58,349 nucleotides of DNA from Candidatus Omnitrophota bacterium (lineage in GTDB: Bacteria > Omnitrophota > Gorgyraeia > Zapsychrales > Zapsychraceae), in NCBI GenBank assembly GCA_003522725.1, contig DPIG01000055.1, positions 1 through 58,349 on the forward strand, written 5' to 3'. The notes under the pieces were generated by a model. That model did no database searches. It saw only the letters and a list, made by a program, of their open reading frames with translations, and was not told where the DNA came from. Each line of letters begins with the position of its first letter. Within the stretch, counting starts at the first letter, position 1. Below are positions 52,107-58,348 of the stretch, in pieces. A program made the position numbers and the translations under genes.

Positions 52107-52687
52107 TTGAGCCTCACAGTGATCATAAAATCGGCGATGTCCATTTGCCTGATCTTGCGTCTCTGGATGGAGCCAAGCTCAAGGTCGCTGAAATGTTCCA
52201 AAAATTCCCGCTGGCTTTTTAAAGTCGATGTAAACTGATGGACGTTGATCATCGCCTCATTATCCGTGGAGATCGCGCTTCCCTCGATCAACAAAACATC
52301 TCCTTCGAGATTGACCCGCTTGAGCCAAACTCCCCGCGGGATACTGTCGCTAAGGATATTCAATTTTTGCGCCCAGGATATTTTGCGCTCGGGAAGGATG
52401 TCCTCAACGGCCTTTTGCGTGCTCTGCAGGGCGCGTAACTCATTGATGACTTTTTCCACACGCTGCTTTCCTGGAGAAACGGCCTCCATCTCCTCTTTAA
52501 ATTCCTTGTGTTGGGCTACATTGCGGATATTGATGACGAGCAAGAAAACATGCGCGAGGACCAGCAAGACAATCAAACCGCCGCCCAGGCCGATGACGAT
52601 CTCCAGCGGGATATTAAACTCCTTAAGGGAGAGTTTGCCTTTTTTATTCTTTCGAAGCGAATAAGGGGCCAGGTTAATTTCGATCAT
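52103..52687 (-). CDS. pilN: Type IV pilus assembly protein PilN
   Basis: ATG 52687 gives the classic MIEINLAPY N-terminus, then one TM. The ORF-track start 52714 is TTG. Confidence 0.75.
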   Translation of the reverse strand: MIEINLAPYSLRKNKKGKLSLKEFNIPLEIVIGLGGGLIVLLVLAHVFLLVINIRNVAQHKEFKEEMEAVSPGKQRVEKVINELRALQSTQKAVEDILPERKISWAQKLNILSDSIPRGVWLKRVNLEGDVLLIEGSAISTDNEAMINVHQFTSTLKSQREFLEHFSDLELGSIQRRKIRQMDIADFMITVRLK

Positions 52688-53738
52688 ATCGATACAACGC
52701 GAGTCCAACAGCAACCCCCAGCCGGATGGATTGCCTGTGGAACTCTTCCCGCGAAAGGTTTGAAGACAATTTCAATAGAGCGACCGGGTCCCATACGCCG
52801 ACCTTGATTTCGAACGCTTTTTCCAATGTCGCCTCAATGCCGTTTAAAAGCGACCCACCGCCGGTGAGCAACAAGTGTTTAATCTCGCAATTTCGTTCCG
52901 TCGTGAAATAATCAAATGAAAGTTTTAACTCCTGGATCATGTTCATCAAAGAGGATTCACAGGCCGCCAGGACTTGTTCGGCCTTGTCTGCCGGATCCTG
53001 TTTGAGCCGCTGCGCTTCCTCCACGCTGACGCCAAGAACGTTGCTGATCATTTTCGTAAAATCCCGGCCGCCTATAAAAATATCCCTGGTAAACCTGGGC
53101 AACTTGTCAACGAGGATCGTCAAGTTACTGACAGATTCTCCGATATCAAAAAGAGCGAACACGGGATCTCCCCCCCTGGCGAAATCTCCCGGCCCCAGGA
53201 CATGTAAACCATTGACCAAAGCGACAGCGTTAACGCCGATAAAATCCGTCTGGATGCCCAATTTTGTCAACAACTGCACTCTTTGATCGACCAATTCTTT
53301 CTTGGCCGCCGCCGCCATCACAGCCATGCTCTTGTCCTTGCCCTGCGGGTCCAGGATAAAACAATCCGTATAGATCTGGTCTTGGGCAAAAGGGAAATAT
53401 TTATCGGCTTCTATGGCAAAGGAACTTCTTAGATCATCAAGCGGCATGCGCGGTATCGCAATATAGCGGATCAATGTTCCTTTGCCGGAGACGGCGGTGT
53501 GGACGCAGGAATACGGGGGCTCGAGACGACCAAGGATCTTTCTAAGCGTTGCTTCAATATTATCGTTGGCGACCGGCTCGATGCCCCAGTGCAGCAACTG
53601 AAAGGCTTCGCCGCTTTTTTCAATTTGGACGAACTTGCAATCACTATTGCCGATGTCCAATCCGACCGAGGAACCCTCCTCTTTCGCCGAAATGAATCGC
53701 TTAATTAATCCAAAATATTTATTGAGAAAATTCGGCAT
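52674..53738 (-). CDS. pilM: Type IV pilus assembly ATPase-fold protein PilM
   Basis: 354 aa; actin/HSP70-like fold (VGLDIGNSDCKF ... LLLTGGGSLLNG); first gene of pilMNOPQ. Confidence 0.88.
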   Translation of the reverse strand: MPNFLNKYFGLIKRFISAKEEGSSVGLDIGNSDCKFVQIEKSGEAFQLLHWGIEPVANDNIEATLRKILGRLEPPYSCVHTAVSGKGTLIRYIAIPRMPLDDLRSSFAIEADKYFPFAQDQIYTDCFILDPQGKDKSMAVMAAAAKKELVDQRVQLLTKLGIQTDFIGVNAVALVNGLHVLGPGDFARGGDPVFALFDIGESVSNLTILVDKLPRFTRDIFIGGRDFTKMISNVLGVSVEEAQRLKQDPADKAEQVLAACESSLMNMIQELKLSFDYFTTERNCEIKHLLLTGGGSLLNGIEATLEKAFEIKVGVWDPVALLKLSSNLSREEFHRQSIRLGVAVGLALYRYDRN

Positions 53739-53786
53739 AAAATCAATGATACTTAATGCTTCCTGGCAGCTATTTTTATAATATAT

Positions 53787-53815
53787 ATATTAGGGGAGCA
53801 ACAGTATCTGGGCAA
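53787..53815 (-). promoter_or_regulatory. Candidate sigma70-type promoter for pilMNOPQ
   Basis: Minus strand reads TTGCCC -17 nt- TAATAT in an AT-rich spacer. The match is weak. Confidence 0.3.
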
Positions 53816-53864
53816 GTAGTAATTAAAAATAATTAAAAATAATTGCCGGGAGTTTTTATCGCAA

Positions 53865-53904
53865 GAAAACAGGAGGCTCATCGAACAAGCCTCCTGTTTT
53901 TTTC
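53865..53904 (-). terminator. Rho-independent terminator after the pilin gene (symmetric, could act in both directions)
   Basis: A perfect 10-bp stem ACAGGAGGCT/AGCCTCCTGT is flanked by A4 and T7 runs. It lies about 30 nt downstream of the pilin stop at 53932. Confidence 0.8.
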
Positions 53905-53931
53905 AGATACCACGTATTAAAACGCCATGTA

Positions 53932-54327
53932 TTACGGCGTTAAAATACCGCCTGTGGTCATGGTGTAGGTGGTTGTACCTGTCGTACCAGCCGTGACAGG
54001 CGTTGCCGTGAATGTGTAGCCGCCCATCCCCAGATTGCACCCATAGGTAAACCCTGCTATGGTCTGGTTACAATAACTGGTATTGACATACGGCGGTGTC
54101 GCCCCGGTTAGGGATGTTTCAGCGCCGGGATAATTCCCGCTGTTCGCGGTAGCGTACGTTTCAGATGACGTCGAAAGAGTACGTAACGTACTCTTAGCAA
54201 GCGCATCGTTGGCCGAGATCCTTGCCCTCAATAAGTTCGGAATGGCAATAGCGGCCAATAACGCGATGATCGCGACGACAATCATGATTTCCACAAGCGT
54301 GAAACCCTTTTGATTGCCTCTTTTCAT
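53932..54327 (-). CDS. pilA: Type IVa major pilin (prepilin)
   Basis: ATG 54327 follows an AGGAGG SD. The leader MKRGNQKG is followed by FTLVEIMIVVAIIALLAAIAIP (class III signal, Gly-1/Phe+1/Glu+5). A Cys pair (YCNQTIAGFTYGC) and a Thr/Gly-rich C-terminus follow. The ORF-track start 54444 is upstream of the SD. Confidence 0.93.
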   Translation of the reverse strand: MKRGNQKGFTLVEIMIVVAIIALLAAIAIPNLLRARISANDALAKSTLRTLSTSSETYATANSGNYPGAETSLTGATPPYVNTSYCNQTIAGFTYGCNLGMGGYTFTATPVTAGTTGTTTYTMTTGGILTP

Positions 54328-54501
54328 GGTAGTATCCTCCTTTCCGGTTCTCATTTCGAACCGCCGGATTACCATCCCGTCAGGATTCGCGGAAAGAGGC
54401 AAGTAAGGATGATTACGTGTTTGAACCCTCTTCCCAAGCAACAATCCGGACAGTGAATTATAATCCCGCTGATCCGATTAAAATTCCAATGAACTGCTTA
54501 A

Positions 54502-54530
54502 ATTCTAGACCCTCTTTTCCGGGTTGTCAA
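54502..54530 (-). promoter_or_regulatory. Candidate sigma70-type promoter proximal to the pilin gene
   Basis: Minus strand reads TTGACA -17 nt- TAGAAT. It lies just downstream of the riboswitch terminator and would give a ~170-nt pilin leader. Confidence 0.5.
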
Positions 54531-54540
54531 TTCATTCTTC

Positions 54541-54575
54541 AATAAAAAAGCCTATTCCCACCGTAGGAAATAGGC
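54541..54575 (-). terminator. Intrinsic terminator forming the 3' end/expression platform of the riboswitch unit
   Basis: Minus strand reads GCCTATTTCCTACGGTGGGAATAGGC followed by TTTTTTATT. Confidence 0.75.
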
Positions 54576-54600
54576 ACGCATATTCTGCGATCACTTCGCA

Positions 54601-54690
54601 GCGGCAACTGGCTGTCCTGTACCGTACGGTACAGGACCCTCTAGCTTTGTGCCCCACCCTTACGAATGGTTTACCTTTTTCAACTGCACC
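54601..54690 (-). promoter_or_regulatory. c-di-GMP-I (GEMM-I) riboswitch aptamer
   Basis: Minus strand reads GGTAAACCATTCGTAAGGGTGGGGCACAAAGC... This closely matches the remembered V. cholerae Vc2 core GGCAAACCATTCGAAAGAGTGGGACGCAAAGCC. It has a GNRA (GUAA)-capped CCAUUC/GGGUGG hairpin, a CAAAGC linker, a second 10-bp hairpin (54614-54637) and a following AGCC. Confidence 0.8.
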
Positions 54691-54708
54691 CTGATTATGC
54701 TTGCTTAA

Positions 54709-54738
54709 AGTATAACATTTTCTGTTTGAATTTGCCAA
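54709..54738 (-). promoter_or_regulatory. Candidate extended -10 promoter driving the riboswitch
   Basis: Minus strand reads TTGGCA -18 nt- TATACT with TGT immediately upstream of the -10. The predicted start lies about 10-25 nt before the aptamer. Confidence 0.45.
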
Positions 54739-54760
54739 ATCAACCTAACAATCAACCTAA
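54739..54760 (-). repeat. Tandem direct repeat abutting the -35 of the riboswitch promoter
   Basis: Plus strand ATCAACCTAA occurs at 54739-54748 and 54751-54760 (12-nt period). On the minus strand this reads TTAGGTTGAT-TG-TTAGGTTGAT followed directly by TTGGCA. Confidence 0.6.
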
Positions 54761-54785
54761 GCATATGCGCGCAAGACACTTATGG

Positions 54786-55574
54786 CTATGGGGAAACAGC
54801 GGTGGCTCCAAAACCGAACACTTCCTTCTTAAGACGGATATTTTCATCGTAGAGGGCGACAAACCTCTTTCGCAATTGAAAGCTCTCTTCCGTAAACTGA
54901 TCGGCATCGATTGGTTCTTCTGAAGAGGATCGGGACAGCTTTCTTTCCAGTTCTTTCTGCCGCGTTTTCAATTTCGAGATCTCTTTGCCTAACCGGTTAG
55001 CGTACGTCTTTGCCGATTCCAGTTTCACGCCGGCTTGCCTATCGACAAGCTGTTGTTGCAATTGTGCCCGCCTTGCCTTCAATCGGGCGATAACGGCACC
55101 CCCCGTGTTTTGTTCTCTCATCGTTTTGACATCCAAACGCGCCGCGCGCAATTTTTTTCGGCTTTGTTCCAGGGCCGTATCCAGCTCGCCTTTTTTCTGC
55201 TGAAACGCTCCCTCGATCGCTTCTTTAGAATTGGAATTTATTCCATCCTTTAACCGCCTGATTTCTTGATAATCGCTGGCTTCCGGGGACATCACTCCTG
55301 CTTTCCCTTGACCACCGGGCATGGCTGACAATTCCGTTCTTTGAGACGCCAGGGAATCCAGCTCTTGCCGCAGAGATTGAATATGTTTGCGATATCCTTC
55401 GATCTCGGAAGATAAAAGACGGTTCTGATCAGAGAGCTTCTGATAGCTGTCTTTCAACCCTTCCAGGCTCATGTCGACCATCTTCTCGATCGTCCCGCTT
55501 TCTGAAGACCGCGCAAAAAGAAAAAACGCGCTGCATACGCACAGGAAAAAAATTATAAATATTTTCTTCATCAT
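54786..55574 (-). CDS. Secreted coiled-coil protein of unknown function, translationally coupled to pilC
   Basis: 262 aa; signal peptide MMKKIFIIFFLCVCSAFFLFA. The remainder is heptad-like, Gln/Glu/Lys/Arg/Leu-rich helical sequence. Its ATG shares one base with the pilC stop (TAATG). Confidence 0.75.
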   Translation of the reverse strand: MMKKIFIIFFLCVCSAFFLFARSSESGTIEKMVDMSLEGLKDSYQKLSDQNRLLSSEIEGYRKHIQSLRQELDSLASQRTELSAMPGGQGKAGVMSPEASDYQEIRRLKDGINSNSKEAIEGAFQQKKGELDTALEQSRKKLRAARLDVKTMREQNTGGAVIARLKARRAQLQQQLVDRQAGVKLESAKTYANRLGKEISKLKTRQKELERKLSRSSSEEPIDADQFTEESFQLRKRFVALYDENIRLKKEVFGFGATAVSP

Positions 55575-56779
55575 TAGAGGATCTGCGTGATCGTGATGAT
55601 CGGTAAAAACAAGGCGATAACGATAAACCCGATCACAATACCTAAAAAGCCGATGATCAAAGGCTCGATGATGCTCGTCAGCCCATCCACGGCCGCGTCG
55701 ACCTGGTCATCGTAGAATTCGGCGATCTTTAAAAGCATCTTCTCCATCTGCCCGGATTTCTCCCCGATGCCGATCATACGGGTCACCATGGGCGGGAACA
55801 CGCCGCTTTTGTTCAGGGGCGCGGCGAGGCTTTCCCCTTCACGCACGCTGGTCTTCACATCCTCAACGACTAATTCCAGCAGGCGGTTACCGATGGTCTT
55901 GCCGACGATCTCGAGCGATTCCAGGATCGGGACACCGCTCTGAATCAAGGTCGCCAGCGTCCGGCTGAACCGGCTGATGGCGACCTTGCGCAACAGACTC
56001 CCGAAAATGGGCAAACGCAGAACACCGCGGTCGATGATCAACGCCCCCTGCGGCGTTTTGTGCCATTGCTTGAGGCCTGCGATAATAACAACGATACCGC
56101 CGACAAGAAACAACAGATATTTTCTGAGAATATCGCTAATGGCAATAAGCATCTGGGTCATGGCCGGGAGCTCACGGTTAAACGACGCGTAAATTCCCGC
56201 GAACGTCGGGACAACTTTAACCAGCAGGATCACCGTAATGATAACGGCCATGCATACGACGACGATCGGATAGATCAGGGCGGACTGAACCTTGCGTTTG
56301 AGGCGCAACGTTTTTTCCAGATAAGACGAAATGCGCTCCAGGATCTTGCTGAGCACACCGCCCGTTTCCCCGACCTTGATCATGTTGACGTAAAGGGTGT
56401 CGAAAACGGACGGGTGTTTGGCGAACGCGGCCGAGAGGCTGTTGCCGTGCTGGATATCATCGCGGATACTAATCAGAACTCGTTTGAAGGTAGGGTGTGT
56501 GACCTGTTCCTGCAATGCGTCGATCGCCTGCATGATCGGAATCCCCGCGTCGACCATAGTGGCTAACTGGCGGGAAAAGATAACAATCTCATCGGCCTTG
56601 ACTTTCTTGCTGCGGAACGTCTTTTGCCTGGCAACGGCTTCTTTGATCTCATCGATGGAAATAATAACGAATTCCCGTTTGCGCAGCTCTTCAATGACGG
56701 CCGTCTTGTTGTCGGCGGCAATCTTGCCGGCGACAGTGCGGGAATCTTTATTTTTAGCGACGTATTTAAACGTGGACAT
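55574..56779 (-). CDS. pilC: Type IV pilus platform protein PilC (GspF family)
   Basis: 401 aa; two T2SSF repeats (FSRQLATMVDAGIPI..., FSRTLATLIQSGVPI...) and three TM segments. Confidence 0.93.
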   Translation of the reverse strand: MSTFKYVAKNKDSRTVAGKIAADNKTAVIEELRKREFVIISIDEIKEAVARQKTFRSKKVKADEIVIFSRQLATMVDAGIPIMQAIDALQEQVTHPTFKRVLISIRDDIQHGNSLSAAFAKHPSVFDTLYVNMIKVGETGGVLSKILERISSYLEKTLRLKRKVQSALIYPIVVVCMAVIITVILLVKVVPTFAGIYASFNRELPAMTQMLIAISDILRKYLLFLVGGIVVIIAGLKQWHKTPQGALIIDRGVLRLPIFGSLLRKVAISRFSRTLATLIQSGVPILESLEIVGKTIGNRLLELVVEDVKTSVREGESLAAPLNKSGVFPPMVTRMIGIGEKSGQMEKMLLKIAEFYDDQVDAAVDGLTSIIEPLIIGFLGIVIGFIVIALFLPIITITQIL

Positions 56780-56809
56780 ACTTCAGAGACTTTCGGAAGC
56801 ATCGAAGGG

Positions 56810-57262
56810 CTAGCGATAACACTGGCTGATCGCCTTTTCGATTTCCCTGCGGGTAGAAATAAAAGGAGCTACCCGGCAATTGGTGCGTTGGCCGACATCT
56901 GCCCTTAGGACCATATCCAAAGGGTCCAGCATCACAAGGCTCAAGACATCACCCACCCGATCCAGGGGCATGATGCAGCAGCGGCAAGCCAGTTCTTTAG
57001 GGACAAGCGCGAGTACGTCGCGGTTGATCTCATAACGATCAACGGCAATATAAGGAAGGTGGCATTGGATAACCAGGGCGGCGATGACTTCCTGCTCTTC
57101 GATGAAGCCAAATCCGACCAAAATTTCTCCGAGGTAACCTCCCTCACGTCTCTGGGTACGTAAGGCCAGCTCTAATTGGTCAAGCGTGATTTTCTTGCGC
57201 TCAAGAAGGATCTCCCCCAAGAAGCGCTTTTTACCTGTGATGTTTTTGTCTCCCTCTGACAT
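56810..57262 (-). CDS. Standalone MshEN/GspE_N (T2SSE N-terminal) domain protein, candidate c-di-GMP receptor
   Basis: 150 aa with ATG and a GGAGAG SD. Two tandem 24-residue motifs are FLGEILLERKKITLDQLELALRTQ and YLGEILVGFGFIEEQEVIAALVIQ, separated by 5 residues. The rest resembles the GspE N-terminal fold. Confidence 0.7.
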   Translation of the reverse strand: MSEGDKNITGKKRFLGEILLERKKITLDQLELALRTQRREGGYLGEILVGFGFIEEQEVIAALVIQCHLPYIAVDRYEINRDVLALVPKELACRCCIMPLDRVGDVLSLVMLDPLDMVLRADVGQRTNCRVAPFISTRREIEKAISQCYR

Positions 57263-57309
57263 ACGCGTTTCTCTCCGCTGCCCGTACCCGGGTCTAAAGG
57301 ATTAACGAT

Positions 57310-57338
57310 ATTGTAACATTAAATCCGTTATTTTGCAC
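57310..57338 (-). promoter_or_regulatory. Weak candidate extended -10 promoter for the MshEN-pilC genes
   Basis: Minus strand reads GTGCAA -17 nt- TACAAT preceded by TGT. It lies in the 111-nt pilB-MshEN spacer, after a short hairpin plus T7 run. Confidence 0.3.
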
Positions 57339-57373
57339 ACTTCTTCGAAGAAAAAAATTCCATCCCGTCTGGA

Positions 57374-58348
57374 TTATTCGCTGGTTGTCACCCTCAACAC
57401 TTCCTCAAGCGTGGTCAACCCACTGACGCATTTTTCCATCGCGTCTTCCCAAAGCGTCTCCATCCCCTTTTTATCCTGCGAGTACTTTTTTATATCCCCG
57501 GAAGATTTTCCGCCAAGCAACATATCGCGTATCGTATCATCTATTTCCAGAACCTCGGTAATCCCTAAACGTCCACGATAACCCGTATTAAGACATCCCT
57601 TGCACCCCTTGCCGGTGTAAAAGACGACTCCGGGGCTGAAACGATAATCCAATTCCTTGAGGACTTCTTTGGGGATATCCACAGGCTGTTTGCATTGTTC
57701 ACAGATCCTCCGGCAAAGGCGCTGGGCGCTGACTAAAATCAAACTGGAAGCGACCAGAAACGGTTCCACTCCCATGTCAATCAACCGCGTCAGGGCTCCG
57801 GCGGCGTCGTTGGTGTGCAGTGTAGAAAGGACCAATTGTCCCGTCAAGGAAGCTTTGATCGAGATATCAGCGGTTTCATTGTCCCGAATCTCGCCGATCA
57901 TCACCACGTCCGGGCTCTGGCGCAAAATGGCCCGCAACCCTTCGGCAAAAGTGAGTCCGATCTCGGCGTTGGTATGAATTTGGGTCAGCCCATCGACCAG
58001 ATATTCGACCGGGTCTTCAACCGTGACGATATTCCTGTCGACGGTATTAAGGGTATTGAGCATGGAATACAAGGTCGTCGATTTTCCGCTTCCCGTCGGG
58101 CCGGTGACCAGCATCATGCCAAACGGCCTTTTGACCGCCTCTTCCATGATCTTGACGTGCTTCTCGGTGAAACCAAGTCCGCCCAGCCCGATGGACAGGC
58201 TTTCCTTATCCAGAACACGCATAACGATCTTGTGCCCGAAGGTGATGGGAAGAATCGATACGCGAAAATCGACCTCCTTCCTGGCAACCTTCAACTTGAA
58301 ACGTCCATCCTGCGGTACATAGACGGAGGTGATGTCCAGCCGGGACAT
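57374..58348 (-). CDS. pilB: Type IV pilus assembly ATPase PilB (GspE family), 5' end outside the window
   Basis: Walker A GPTGSGKST, Walker B/Asp box VMIGEIRD, His box TGQLVLSTLHT, tetracysteine motif CRRICEQC...CKGCLNTGYRGR. The ORF runs off the window edge. Confidence 0.93.
   Translation of the reverse strand: MSRLDITSVYVPQDGRFKLKVARKEVDFRVSILPITFGHKIVMRVLDKESLSIGLGGLGFTEKHVKIMEEAVKRPFGMMLVTGPTGSGKSTTLYSMLNTLNTVDRNIVTVEDPVEYLVDGLTQIHTNAEIGLTFAEGLRAILRQSPDVVMIGEIRDNETADISIKASLTGQLVLSTLHTNDAAGALTRLIDMGVEPFLVASSLILVSAQRLCRRICEQCKQPVDIPKEVLKELDYRFSPGVVFYTGKGCKGCLNTGYRGRLGITEVLEIDDTIRDMLLGGKSSGDIKKYSQDKKGMETLWEDAMEKCVSGLTTLEEVLRVTTSE

Noticed and set aside
54614-54637. Perfect 24-nt palindrome GTCCTGTACCGTACGGTACAGGAC, first considered as a dimeric transcription-factor operator.
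   Set aside because: It falls exactly where the second helix of the GEMM-I aptamer is expected. It is flanked by the conserved CAAAGC and AGCC elements, so it is best explained as an RNA hairpin (10-bp stem, GUAC loop). A dual DNA-level role cannot be excluded.
54541-54710. I considered whether the ~160-nt promoter-to-terminator unit is 6S RNA, SRP (4.5S) RNA or tmRNA.
   Set aside because: It lacks the SRP domain IV GGAA-tetraloop/AGCA symmetric-loop signature, a tRNA-like end and a 6S-type long closing duplex with a central bubble. The GEMM-I match accounts for the conserved core.
54532-54738. 68-aa minus-strand ORF (MANSNRKCYTL...) in the pilC-to-pilin spacer.
   Set aside because: It starts on TTG inside the predicted -35 hexamer and has no SD. 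It reads straight through the GEMM-I aptamer, the 24-nt palindrome and the terminator hairpin. The RNA-element interpretation explains the sequence far better.
54328-54800. Search for a sigma54 (TGGCAC-N5-TTGCW) promoter upstream of the pilin, as in PilS/PilR-regulated pilA genes.
   Set aside because: No GG-N10-GC element with acceptable flanks was found on the minus strand. The only partial match (TGGCAG-N5-TTTAT at about 53764-53779) is on the plus strand, where there are no genes.
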